64,000 nucleotides of DNA from Paraburkholderia sp. (GTDB taxonomy: Bacteria; Pseudomonadota; Gammaproteobacteria; Burkholderiales; Burkholderiaceae). Location of the stretch: assembly GCF_036488505.1 (NCBI RefSeq), contig NZ_DASXHN010000349.1, positions 5,128-69,127 on the forward strand, read 5' to 3'. Positions 20,358 to 31,417 of the stretch are shown here, piece by piece. Position 1 is the stretch's first letter. The number at the start of each line of letters is the position of its first letter. Below the pieces are notes generated by a model. That model had not been told where the DNA came from. It did no database searches and was given only the letters and a program-made list of their open reading frames with translations. The translations under genes were made by a program, and so were the position numbers.

Positions 20358-21167
20358 GTGGCAAAACTGCGGATTGCGACGTTCAACATCAACGGCATTC
20401 GCTCGCGCTTGCCGGCGCTATTGCAATGGCTGGAGCGCGAGGCGCCGGACATCGTGTGCCTGCAGGAACTCAAAGCGGTGGACAGCGCGTTTCCGGTCGA
20501 ACCGCTGCGCGAGGCCGGTTACGGCGCGCTGTGGCACGGGCAGAGCGCGTGGAACGGCGTTGCGATTCTGGCGAAGGGCGCGGCGCCCGTCGAACGGCGG
20601 CGCGGCTTGCCGGGTTTCGAGGCGGATACGCATAGCCGCTATCTGGAGGCCGAAGCGGGCGGGCTGGTGATCGCGTCGCTGTACTTGCCGAACGGCAACC
20701 CGCAGCCCGGTCCCAAATTCGACTACAAGCTGGTCTGGTTCGACCATCTGCTCGCGCATGCGGCGAAGCTCTTCAAAAGCGGTCAGCCGGTCGTGCTGGC
20801 AGGCGACTACAACGTGGTGCCCACCGACGAAGACATCTACAACCCGCGCTCGTGGCTGAAGGACGCACTGCTGCAGCCGGAAAGCCGTGAGCGTTATCGA
20901 AAGCTTCTCGCGCAAGGCTGGACCGACGCGCTACGCACGCATTTCGGCGACGAGCGTGTCTATACGTTCTGGGATTATTTCCGCCGGCATTGGGATACCA
21001 ATTCGGGGCTGCGCATCGATCATCTGCTGCTGAGCGCCGATCTTGCGCCGCGTCTGCGCGATGCGGGCGTCGACCGCTGGGTGCGCGGCGAGCCGCATGC
21101 GAGCGACCATGCGCCTACCTGGGTGCAACTGGATATGGGCGCCGGCCGCAGGAAGAAAAGCGCCTGA
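20358..21167 (+). CDS. xth: Exodeoxyribonuclease III
   Basis: ATFNINGIR, LQELK, YLPNGN, GDYN, RIDHLL and SDHAP motifs. Confidence 0.93.
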   Translation: MAKLRIATFNINGIRSRLPALLQWLEREAPDIVCLQELKAVDSAFPVEPLREAGYGALWHGQSAWNGVAILAKGAAPVERRRGLPGFEADTHSRYLEAEAGGLVIASLYLPNGNPQPGPKFDYKLVWFDHLLAHAAKLFKSGQPVVLAGDYNVVPTDEDIYNPRSWLKDALLQPESRERYRKLLAQGWTDALRTHFGDERVYTFWDYFRRHWDTNSGLRIDHLLLSADLAPRLRDAGVDRWVRGEPHASDHAPTWVQLDMGAGRRKKSA

Positions 21168-21216
21168 CGATGCAGCGGGCGACCGTTGGTGGCAGATCGC
21201 CCGCCCTGCCTATCGA

Positions 21217-21492
21217 TCAACGCCGGTAATCGCGGTCCGACGAGTTGTTCGACCACAGCGCACCCGCCACGAACCCGGCCAGCGCGACGACCGCGAGCGT
21301 CGTGAACGGATTTTCGACCGCGGTGTCGCGCACGAGGCTGGTCGTATTCGCGCAGAGTTGTTGCGCCTTGCCGCTCAATTCGCGTGCCTTGCCCGACACT
21401 TGCATACTGGCGTCGCTGAGCGCGTCGCCCGCCGCGCTTTGCACCTTGCCGGCGACTTCCTTGACTGTGCCTTCCGCTGAATTCGTATCCAT
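21217..21492 (-). CDS. CsbD-like stress protein with a C-terminal TM
   Basis: EGTVKEVAGKVQ..GDA..D...GKA pattern followed by ENPF and a hydrophobic tail. Confidence 0.8.
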   Translation of the reverse strand: MDTNSAEGTVKEVAGKVQSAAGDALSDASMQVSGKARELSGKAQQLCANTTSLVRDTAVENPFTTLAVVALAGFVAGALWSNNSSDRDYRR

Positions 21493-21703
21493 AGCATCGC
21501 TCCCGTTGTCATATTTACGTGTGAGCCCGCTGCGATTGCAACGGCGTCACACCAGGGCGTCGCGCGGGCCGCGCTAGTAAGGCGATGACCTGCGACAGTC
21601 ACTGGAGGGCGCAAGAAGTGCGCCTGGCAAGAGGGGAAGGCGTGCGGCGGCACCGAACCGCAAAGAAACTGCAAGCGCAACGCAGGCGAAAGCCAATCGG
21701 ACG

Positions 21704-22387
21704 TCAGCGCCGCCGCCGTGCGTTGATGCCGACGAACACGGCCAGCAGCACCAGAAACCCGCCGAACAGCAGCGACGCATTGACGAGTACCTGTCGCAGC
21801 CCGAGCGTGTCGACATCGATAAACGGATACGGATAGAAGTCCGACAGGCTGCCGCGCCAGAACGTGATGCCGAGATACGCGAGCGGATAGACGAGCCACA
21901 GTACACAGTGCCGCGGCCGCAACTGAAAGCGTGGCACGAACAACACCCAGTAGAGCGCGGCGAGCATCGGCAGCACGCTGTGCAGCGACTCGTTGAGCAG
22001 CCGCCGATACGCGGTCGGTGTCCAGATGCCGCGCAGCAGCAGGTTATACGCGATGCCAACGAACACCATATAGGCGACCACCGCGGTCACGACGGTCGGC
22101 TGACGGAAAAACCGCACGAGCGGCGAGCGATGCTGCCACAGCGCGACGCTGGTGAAGCAGATCGCACACGCGAGCACGGTCAGATTGGTCAGGTAGCTGC
22201 TCATGCGCGCGAGGCCGTCGAACACCGTCAGCCCGCGCGCGAGCGTGCGATCGATCGTCACGTCGGCTTGCGCGAGGAGCGAAATCCACGCGATCACGGC
22301 GATGACCGCCGCCAGCGTCAGCGACGACACACTGGGTGTGTGCAGCGGAAGCTCGGGCTCGCGCTGCCGGATACGGATTGGGCGCAT
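21704..22387 (-). CDS. Pr6Pr / FAR-17a-AIG1-like integral membrane protein
   Basis: YLTNLT, YNLLLRG.W.P, LHSVLP and YPYPFID motifs; about 6 TMs; start uncertain. Confidence 0.78.
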   Translation of the reverse strand: MRPIRIRQREPELPLHTPSVSSLTLAAVIAVIAWISLLAQADVTIDRTLARGLTVFDGLARMSSYLTNLTVLACAICFTSVALWQHRSPLVRFFRQPTVVTAVVAYMVFVGIAYNLLLRGIWTPTAYRRLLNESLHSVLPMLAALYWVLFVPRFQLRPRHCVLWLVYPLAYLGITFWRGSLSDFYPYPFIDVDTLGLRQVLVNASLLFGGFLVLLAVFVGINARRRR

Positions 22388-22654
22388 GGGCCGATTCTAC
22401 CAGGGCGGCGCGCGTCGCGGCGTGCACTCGGGCGTAGCGTGCATGGACGCTTGCGCGTTCGCATTCGGGCGCAGCGGTGAAAGGGGGCTGAAAGACCCCG
22501 GCCTGTCGCTTGGGCATTCAGCGTGTCATGGCGGCGCGCGGTTTGCGATCGGCCATTCACTGTTGTATGGTGCGGGGCGAAAACGACGCGCGCGCCAGGC
22601 TGTTCACGGTGGGCATGTGCGCGTCAACCAGCACAACCCAACAGGAGATGCACG

Positions 22655-23419
22655 ATGTCGGAAACGGCAAACAGGAAAGTGGCGCTAGTAACGGGCGCGG
22701 GCAGCGGCATCGGTCGCGCGTGCGCGCTCACGCTGGGACAGCACGGTTATAGCGTCGTGCTAGCCGGGCGGCGTCAGGCGGCGCTCGATGCGGTGGCCGG
22801 CGAAATCACCGCACAGCGCGGCGACGCGCTCCCGGTGTCGTGCGACGTAACGGACGCGGATAGCGTGGCCGCGCTGTTCGACACGGTCCGCGCGCGCTTC
22901 GGCCGGCTCGACGTGCTGTTCAACAACGCGGGACGCAACGGCCCGCCGGTCGATCTCGACGAACTCGACATCGACGTATGGCGCTCGGTCGTCGATACCA
23001 ACCTGAACGGGGTGTTCCTCTGCACGCGCGCCGCGTTTGGTCTGATGAAGACGCAGAACCCGCGCGGCGGTCGCATCATCAACAACGGCTCGATTTCCGC
23101 GCATGCGCCGCGGCCGAACAGCGCGGCCTACACGGCCACCAAGCACGCGATCACCGGCCTGACCAAGGCGGTGTCGCTCGACGGCCGCAAATACGACATC
23201 GTGTGCGGACAGATCGACATCGGTAATGCGGCGACCGAGATGGCCGAGCGGATGGCGCGCGGTGTGCCGCAAGCGAACGGCGAAATCGCGATCGAGCCGC
23301 TGATGGACGTGCAGCATGTCGCCGACGCGGTGCTGCATATGGCGAATCTGCCGCTATCGGCGAACGTGCAGTTCATGACGATCATGGCCAGCAAGATGCC
23401 GTTCGTCGGGCGCGGTTGA
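22655..23419 (+). CDS. SDR family oxidoreductase
   Basis: [13 protein letters not shown] and YTATK motifs; AGGAG RBS. Confidence 0.92.
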   Translation: MSETANRKVALVTGAGSGIGRACALTLGQHGYSVVLAGRRQAALDAVAGEITAQRGDALPVSCDVTDADSVAALFDTVRARFGRLDVLFNNAGRNGPPVDLDELDIDVWRSVVDTNLNGVFLCTRAAFGLMKTQNPRGGRIINNGSISAHAPRPNSAAYTATKHAITGLTKAVSLDGRKYDIVCGQIDIGNAATEMAERMARGVPQANGEIAIEPLMDVQHVADAVLHMANLPLSANVQFMTIMASKMPFVGRG

Positions 23420-23533
23420 GCGGCGCCTGATCGCGGTAGGGCGGCAGCGCGGGCGCCAACGCGGCGCGCGCGTTCGACTCGCGTTCAACCTATACTGAGC
23501 GCTTTCCGTCTCCGCGCGAAAGCCACACCCGCC

Positions 23534-23764
23534 GTGCCCCGAGCCACATCCGGCGACGACGATCCGCCGCCGCAGCCGCCCGTGAAGCCCGATCTCGAAG
23601 ACTGCTGTCATAGCGGCTGCATTCAGTGTGTGTTCGATCTCTACGACGAAGCGCTCGAACGCTACGAGATCGCGCTGGCCGCATGGCGGCAGTCCCACGA
23701 GGCGCCGCAGCGCTCGGCGACGCAGTCGCCGCGGCGGTCGAAAGCGCCGCGCAGGCCCCGCTGA
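23534..23764 (+). CDS. Oxidoreductase-like domain small protein
   Basis: PP.P..P..EDCCHSGC..CVFDLY motif. Confidence 0.75.
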   Translation: MPRATSGDDDPPPQPPVKPDLEDCCHSGCIQCVFDLYDEALERYEIALAAWRQSHEAPQRSATQSPRRSKAPRRPR

Positions 23765-23793
23765 GTGGCGCACGATTTTGCACCGTCCCCTTC

Positions 23794-24663
23794 ATGACCG
23801 ATCTTCAGCTCCCGCCGAACGACTCTTTGATCGAAGCGCACACGCTCGACGACCTGCATCGGTTCGTGCAGCGTCATCCGCGTTTGTTCGTACTGACCGG
23901 CGCGGGCATCAGCACCGACTCCGGCATCCCCGGCTATCGCGACGACAATGGCGCATGGAAGCGCTCGCCGCCGATCACGCTGCAGGAATTTCTCGGCACG
24001 CTCGCGATGCGTCAGCGCTACTGGGCGCGCAGCATGATCGGCTGGCCGCTGGTCGCGCGGGCGCAGCCGAACGCCGCGCATGTCGCGCTCGCGCGGCTCG
24101 AAGCGGCGGGGCATGTGCCGACGCTGGTGACGCAGAACGTCGATGGCCTGCATCAGCGCGCGGGCAGCCGCGACGTGATCGAACTGCATGGCGGCATCGA
24201 CGGCGTAACCTGTCTCGACTGCGGGATGCAGCATGCGCGCGCGTCGATCCAGCAGACACTCGAAGCCGATAACCCGGCGCTGCTCGACGTCACGACCGAA
24301 GCCGCCGCCGACGGCGACGCGCATCTCGAATGGCACGATCTCGGCGGTTTTCGCGTACCCGCGTGTTCGAACTGCGGCGGGCTGTTGAAACCGTCGGTGG
24401 TTTTTTTCGGCGAGAACGTGCCGAAGGCGCGCGTCGAAGTGGCGTCGCACGCGCTCGACGCGGCCGACGCGGTGCTGGTGGCCGGCTCGTCGCTGATGGT
24501 GTATTCCGGCTACCGGTTCTGTGTGTGGGCGCAGCGGCAGGGCAAGCCGATCGCGGCGATCAACCTCGGGCGCACGCGCGCCGATCCGCTGCTCGCGCTG
24601 AAAGTGGCCGCGCCGTGCGGCGACACGTTGAGCGCGCTCGCCGGGATGCTGGCCGGCGCTTGA
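23794..24663 (+). CDS. NAD-dependent protein deacylase (Sir2 family, SIRT4-like class)
   Basis: TGAGISTDSGIPGYR, RQRYWARS, TQNVDGLH, ELHG, two CxxC motifs, and LKPSVVFFGE. Confidence 0.92.
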   Translation: MTDLQLPPNDSLIEAHTLDDLHRFVQRHPRLFVLTGAGISTDSGIPGYRDDNGAWKRSPPITLQEFLGTLAMRQRYWARSMIGWPLVARAQPNAAHVALARLEAAGHVPTLVTQNVDGLHQRAGSRDVIELHGGIDGVTCLDCGMQHARASIQQTLEADNPALLDVTTEAAADGDAHLEWHDLGGFRVPACSNCGGLLKPSVVFFGENVPKARVEVASHALDAADAVLVAGSSLMVYSGYRFCVWAQRQGKPIAAINLGRTRADPLLALKVAAPCGDTLSALAGMLAGA

Positions 24664-24703
24664 CGGCCGGCGCCGAACCGCAACTCTCTTTCAGGCAATC
24701 CGC

Positions 24704-25321
24704 ATGCTGACGACGATCGAACAACTCGAAGCGCTCTACGACCAGCCCGGCGAGCGCGCGCTGCGCAAGGAAATTCCGTATGTCAACGACGATTACCGCG
24801 CGTTCATCGAGGCCGCGCCTCTCGCGGTGCTTGCGACGAGCGGCCCGCAAGGCCTCGACTGTTCGCCGCGCGGCGACGTGCCCGGATTCGTGCGCTGCGT
24901 CGACGAACGCACGCTCGCGCTGCCGGATCGCCCCGGCAACAACCGGCTCGACAGCTTGCGCAACGTCATCGTGGATCCACGGCTCGCGCTGTTGTTCGTC
25001 ATACCGGGCGTCAGCGAAACCTTGCGCGTGAACGGCCGCGGCCGGATCTCGAACGAACCCGCGCTGCTGGACAGTTTCGCCGTCGACGGCAAACTGCCGC
25101 GCACGGTGCTGCTGATCGACGTCGACGCGGTGTACTTCCACTGCTCAAAGGCGATCGTGCGCTCGAAGCTGTGGGACCCGGCGCGCCACATCGACCGCTC
25201 GCAACTGCCGAGCGCGGGCGAGATTCTGCGGCGCATCATCGCGACCAGCGATGGCGAAGAATTCGACGCGGCCGCCTACGACCGCGACCTGCCCGCGCGC
25301 GTGCGGGCAAGCTTGTACTAA
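24704..25321 (+). CDS. Pyridoxamine 5'-phosphate oxidase-like FMN-binding protein
   Basis: DCSPRGD.PGFV, PDRPGNNRLDSL.N and YFHCSKA..RS.LW motifs. Confidence 0.85.
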   Translation: MLTTIEQLEALYDQPGERALRKEIPYVNDDYRAFIEAAPLAVLATSGPQGLDCSPRGDVPGFVRCVDERTLALPDRPGNNRLDSLRNVIVDPRLALLFVIPGVSETLRVNGRGRISNEPALLDSFAVDGKLPRTVLLIDVDAVYFHCSKAIVRSKLWDPARHIDRSQLPSAGEILRRIIATSDGEEFDAAAYDRDLPARVRASLY

Positions 25322-25335
25322 TCGGCAAACCGACG

Positions 25336-25947
25336 ATGACCGACGCCCGCCAACATTCGCCTTCCGCCGAACGCAATCGCGAACCGATCCTTGCGGTGCT
25401 GCGCGACGCGCTGCCGGCCAGCGGCCGCGTGCTCGAAATCGCCAGCGGCACCGGCGAGCACTCGGTCTGGTTCGCCGGCGCGCTGCCCACGCTGGACTGG
25501 CAGCCGAGCGACGCCGACGCCGACGCCCGCGCGTCGATCGCCGCGTGGGCCGCGCATGCGGGGCTGCCGAATCTGCGCGCGCCGCTCGCGCTCGACGTCC
25601 GTCAGCCGGATTGGGGCGTCGATACGCTCGACGCGGCCGTCTGCATCAACATGATCCACATCTCGCCGTGGAGCGCCGCGCAGGCGTTGTTCGACGGGGT
25701 GGGACGGCGGCTCGTCGATGGCGGCGTACTGTATCTGTACGGTCCATACAAGCGCGGCGGCGCGCACACCGCGCCGAGCAACGACGCGTTCGATCAATGG
25801 CTGAAGAGCCGCGACCCCGCATGGGGCGTCCGCGATATGGAGGCAGTCGTCGCGCTCGGCGAGGCCCCGGGGCTGGCGTGCGAAAAAGTGGTGGCGATGC
25901 CGGCAAACAATTTCAGCCTGGTTTTCAGGAAGCGGGCAGGAACCTGA
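25336..25947 (+). CDS. DUF938 SAM-dependent methyltransferase-like protein
   Basis: SAERNREPI, LEIASGTGEH, WQPSD, NMIHISPW, YGPY and MPANN motifs. Confidence 0.88.
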   Translation: MTDARQHSPSAERNREPILAVLRDALPASGRVLEIASGTGEHSVWFAGALPTLDWQPSDADADARASIAAWAAHAGLPNLRAPLALDVRQPDWGVDTLDAAVCINMIHISPWSAAQALFDGVGRRLVDGGVLYLYGPYKRGGAHTAPSNDAFDQWLKSRDPAWGVRDMEAVVALGEAPGLACEKVVAMPANNFSLVFRKRAGT

Positions 25948-26137
25948 TATGCGGGTGAGATGGCGATCTAACGGCGCCCGTGCATGACCGATGCTCGGGC
26001 AGACGCCAAAACACCGGCGCTCACTGCCCGCCGCCGAGCGGCGAGCGTACATTTCTTTTATTCTTTCACCCTCGACGCCGCGCCGGCGTTTGGCGCAACG
26101 CGGCGTCACGACATTCATTGGACTCTGGAGAATTCAC

Positions 26138-27547
<1,410 letters not shown>

Positions 27548-27809
27548 ACGGCTCGATAGCGGCCCGCTGCGCGTCATCGCACGCGTGCCGGGCTTGCCCC
27601 TCGCCGGAAGCTTTCAACGCGTAAGATTATTGCGGAATCTGTTGTCGTTTCAGTCTCTGGCGTAGAAGCTACGGTGATTATTGTGAGGATCGAAATAGAG
27701 TTTCATTGCTTTAGGGGTTTACCCTAGGTCTCCATGCTCCTAAACTTGCATTCAAGCGCTGAGGGAGAAACACCGAAGCGCAACACAAACAAGTTATTGG
27801 AGGTTGATC

Positions 27810-28145
27810 ATGAAGACTCTTATTTCTGCCGTTGCTATCGCCGCCGCCCTTGCTGCTCCTGTTGCTTCGTTCGCGCAGGCGAACCAGCCGGTTACCCGCG
27901 CCGAAGTTCGCGCGCAACTGGTTCAACTCGAAAAGGCAGGCTACAACCCGGTCGCCAGCGAGATCGACTATCCGGCTGATATCCAGGCCGCCGAGGCTCG
28001 CGTCCAGGCGCAAAACGGTACGGCGGTCGCAGCGAACACCGCGAACACCAGTGGCTACGGCGCACCGGCTGTCAGCACGTCGCAAGCTGGCCGTGCAGCG
28101 AGCCCGGCCAAGTCCGACCGTAACTCGGTCTACTTCGGCAATTAA
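27810..28145 (+). CDS. DUF4148 secreted protein
   Basis: Signal peptide; VTRAEVRAQLVQLEKAGY.P...YPADIQAAEARV; GGAGG RBS. Confidence 0.9.
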   Translation: MKTLISAVAIAAALAAPVASFAQANQPVTRAEVRAQLVQLEKAGYNPVASEIDYPADIQAAEARVQAQNGTAVAANTANTSGYGAPAVSTSQAGRAASPAKSDRNSVYFGN

Positions 28146-28215
28146 TCGCCGATACGAGTTGCAGCAGGTTTGATGTAGACGCCGCGTCGCGCCACAGCGC
28201 ACCGCGGCAGGCAAG

Positions 28216-28250
28216 AAAAAACGCCATCCGGTTTGATCGGATGGCGTTTT
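28216..28250. terminator. Bidirectional intrinsic terminator
   Basis: AAAAAACGCCATCCG-N7-CGGATGGCGTTTT between convergent genes. Confidence 0.8.
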
Positions 28251-28276
28251 GTCGTTTACCGCCTGAAGTTACCGGT

Positions 28277-28597
28277 TCAATGCAAAGTGCGATGCCGGCG
28301 GCCGATCTCGTCGAAAAGCGCGCTGCTCGGTTCGAGTGCGAGCAGCCAGGATTCGTCGTAGCCGCTCAGATTATCGAGCGCCTCGCGCAGCCGCTCGATC
28401 GCCACCGCGGGAAGCTCGACGCTCGCCTCGACGCCGCTCGCCAGCCCCGCAATGCTGGCCAGTTGCACGAGCGCATCGGCGGCCTCGGCGACGTCGGCCG
28501 CAAAAACCAGGTGGGTGTTCAGCAACTCGACGAGGCCGGGGGACGCCGCTACATCGTCCACGTTCAGTTGCACGGCCAGAAAAGTGGCTTTGTTCAT
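28277..28597 (-). CDS. Hypothetical protein (106 aa)
   Basis: GGAGGAG upstream of MNKATFLAVQL; acidic, coding-like composition. Confidence 0.65.
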   Translation of the reverse strand: MNKATFLAVQLNVDDVAASPGLVELLNTHLVFAADVAEAADALVQLASIAGLASGVEASVELPAVAIERLREALDNLSGYDESWLLALEPSSALFDEIGRRHRTLH

Positions 28598-28828
28598 CCT
28601 CGACTCCTCCCAGAATCCAGACGCTGTCGTACAGGGTGTGCCACGCGGCTTGAGTGAGTATAGGCGACCGCCTCGGGGTTTCACTAATCGGACGAATCGC
28701 CCCCCCGATGACGCCCGATCGGAGGCGAGCAAGCGCCAGACCTATAATGAGGGCCACCCGCGCAAGCGCCGCCGAATACCAGCCGAGCGCGCCGCGCGGT
28801 CCATGCGCTTGCCAACCGCCCATCGACC

Positions 28829-29140
28829 ATGAAGATCATCCGCAGCAGGGACTTTACCGCGACGCGTCCATGGGGCGCGCTCGAGATCGCCAATATGAAC
28901 GGCATCACCACGCGTCTGCACTGGACCGACCAGCCGTACAAGTGGCACGTCAACGACGGCGACGAGGTGTTCGCGGTGCTCGACGGGCGGGTCGAGATGC
29001 GCTATCGCGAGGACGGCGTTGAACGCTCGACGGTGCTCGAAACCGGCGACGTCTTCTATGCGTCTGCGGGCACCGAGCACGTCGCGCATCCGCTCGGCGC
29101 CGCGCGCGTGCTGGTCGTCGAAACGCAGGGCAGCGTCTGA
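28829..29140 (+). CDS. Cupin-domain protein
   Basis: WHVNDGDEVF.VLDG and GD.FYA..GTEH.AHP motifs. Confidence 0.85.
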   Translation: MKIIRSRDFTATRPWGALEIANMNGITTRLHWTDQPYKWHVNDGDEVFAVLDGRVEMRYREDGVERSTVLETGDVFYASAGTEHVAHPLGAARVLVVETQGSV

Positions 29141-29316
29141 AGAACACGGCAGTTTGACCGCGCATCGATTCCGGCGCCCATGTGGCGGTCGCGCATAATA
29201 GACAGCCTGTGCAGCGAGACAATCTGTGCAGCGTCCCGCGCAGCGACCGCGTGGCGGCACGCAAAATGCTAGGGCATCGATTGAATCCGATTGAGAAACT
29301 CGTCGAGGAAAATCAC

Positions 29317-30084
29317 ATGACAAAACAATGGCAACTGACGGGGATTCGCGTGCTGACGGCGGCCGCGCTGGGCGCGGCGGTCGCCGGCTGCACGACGATG
29401 CCGTGGGACAGCACGCCGTTCTACAGCAATGCGCCGTCCAATCCGACGAGTCTGTCGACGGTCCCCGTGCCCGCCGGCTTTTACCGCGTGAACGCCGGCG
29501 ACACGCTCGGCGGCATCGCCTCGGCGTATGGCCGCAAGCCGCAGGAGATCGCCGCGTGGAACGGCCTCGCGGTCAACTCGCCGGTGGCACCCGGCCAGGT
29601 GCTGCGGGTATCGCCGCCGATGGCCTCCGGCAGCATCGTCACACCGCCGGTGGCGGCCGCGCCAGCCACGCCGGGCACGGTGCCAGGCGCGCCGAGCCCG
29701 GCGGGGCCGCAGCAGGGCGTGCTGCAATGGCCGTTGCGCGGCCCGATTCTGAAGACATTCTCGCCGGGCAAGTCGAACGGCATCGTGATCGGCGGGCAGC
29801 CGGGCGACCCAGTGAAAGCCGCGGCGACTGGCCGGGTCGTCTACGCGGGCACCGGCATCGAAGCGTATGGCCCGCTGATCATCATCAAGCACAGCGACTC
29901 GCTGATCACCGCGTATGGCCAGAACAGCCAGTTGCTGGTCAAGGAAGGCGACGCGGTCGCTCAAGGGCAGACCATCGGCGAAGTGGGCGTCGATAGTCGC
30001 GGCGTCGCGTCGATCCAGTTCGAAGTGCGTCAGAACGGCCAGCCGGTCGACCCGCTGCAGTGGCTGCCGAAACCGGGCGGCTGA
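29317..30084 (+). CDS. LysM + degenerate M23 lipoprotein (NlpD-like)
   Basis: Lipobox VAGC, LysM YRV.AGDTL..IA, and an M23 fold (WP.RG, VVYAG, IIKH, FEVR..G.PVDP). Confidence 0.88.
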   Translation: MTKQWQLTGIRVLTAAALGAAVAGCTTMPWDSTPFYSNAPSNPTSLSTVPVPAGFYRVNAGDTLGGIASAYGRKPQEIAAWNGLAVNSPVAPGQVLRVSPPMASGSIVTPPVAAAPATPGTVPGAPSPAGPQQGVLQWPLRGPILKTFSPGKSNGIVIGGQPGDPVKAAATGRVVYAGTGIEAYGPLIIIKHSDSLITAYGQNSQLLVKEGDAVAQGQTIGEVGVDSRGVASIQFEVRQNGQPVDPLQWLPKPGG

Positions 30085-30259
30085 GCATCGATCGTTTAGC
30101 GGCCGGCTGTGCGCCCCCTTCGGGGATGCGCCGATTTTCGGCGCCGCTTCAATTGAAATACACTGTGTGGCTTGTTCGCCGCTGCGTGTGCTTTCCATAT
30201 GGAATACACACGCGGCCGGCTGCCGTAGGCTGTCATTCATGGATGTACAAGGACACACA

Positions 30260-31267
30260 ATGATCGATTTGCGCAGCGATACCGTCACCCGTCCGACTCC
30301 GCCGATGCTCGCGGCGATGTCGGCGGCCGAAGTCGGCGACGACGTCTGGGGCGACGACCCCACCGTACTGCGTCTGCAGACGACGATGGCCGAGCGCGCC
30401 GGCAAGGAAGCGGGGCTGTTTTTTCCGAGCGGCACGCAAAGCAACCTCGCCGCATTGATGGCGCACTGCGCGCGCGGCGACGAATACATCGTCGGCCAGC
30501 TCGCCCATACCTACAAATACGAGGGCGGCGGCGCGGCGGTGCTCGGCAGCATCCAGCCGCAGCCGCTCGAAAACGCCGCCGACGGCTCGATCCCGCTCGA
30601 GAAGATTGCCGCCGCGATCAAGCCGGTCGACGACCACTTCGCGCGCACGCGTTTGCTCGCGCTGGAAAACACGATAGGCGGCAAGGTGCTGCCGGCCGAC
30701 TATGTCGCGCAGGCGACGCAGCTCGCGCGCGAGCGCGGCCTGTCGGCTCACCTCGACGGCGCGCGCGTGTTCAACGCGGCGGTCGCGTCGGGCAAGCCGG
30801 TCGCGGCGCTCGCCGAGCCGTTCGATTCGGTGTCGATCTGCTTTTCGAAGGGGTTGGGCGCACCGGTGGGCTCGGTGCTGGTCGGCAGCCGCGGGTTGAT
30901 CGACGTCGCGCATCGCTGGCGCAAGGTGCTGGGCGGCGGCATGCGCCAGGCCGGCGTGCTGGCGGCGGCCTGCCTGTACGCGCTCGATCACAACGTCGAG
31001 CGCCTCGCCGACGACCACGCGAACGCCGCGCATCTGGCGGCAGGGCTGGAGACGCTCGAGCAGGTGAAGGTGCAGTCGGTTGCGACCAATATGGTGTTCG
31101 CACAGTTTCCGCAGCAGCATTGCGCGCCGCTGGAAGCGTGGCTGAAAGAGCGCGGCATCCTCACGCAGATGCTGTATGCGTCGCGCTTCGTCACGCATAG
31201 TGACGTGTCGCGTGCCGATATCGATACGTTTATTGCGGCGGTAAAGGCGTACTTCGCGGCGCGATGA
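30260..31267 (+). CDS. ltaE: Low-specificity L-threonine aldolase
   Basis: MIDLRSDTVT, SGTQSN, HLDGAR, SKGLGAPVGS and GGGMRQAG motifs. Confidence 0.95.
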   Translation: MIDLRSDTVTRPTPPMLAAMSAAEVGDDVWGDDPTVLRLQTTMAERAGKEAGLFFPSGTQSNLAALMAHCARGDEYIVGQLAHTYKYEGGGAAVLGSIQPQPLENAADGSIPLEKIAAAIKPVDDHFARTRLLALENTIGGKVLPADYVAQATQLARERGLSAHLDGARVFNAAVASGKPVAALAEPFDSVSICFSKGLGAPVGSVLVGSRGLIDVAHRWRKVLGGGMRQAGVLAAACLYALDHNVERLADDHANAAHLAAGLETLEQVKVQSVATNMVFAQFPQQHCAPLEAWLKERGILTQMLYASRFVTHSDVSRADIDTFIAAVKAYFAAR

Positions 31268-31417
31268 TGCGCTGATCGCGTTGTGTGATCACACGCCTGA
31301 GGTGGCTGCTGCGATTGCCGCCTCAGGCTCTTGTGCTACTGCTGCTGATCTAGTCTGGTTCGCCCCGACTGCACGAGCGGCGCTTTATCCTCTCGAATCT
31401 CGCTCCCCGCCGCCGCG

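Noticed and set aside
23794-24663. Sir2 gene read as an anti-phage NADase (Thoeris/DSR type)
   Set aside because: It is a single-domain Zn-binding class II sirtuin with canonical deacylase motifs and housekeeping neighbours.
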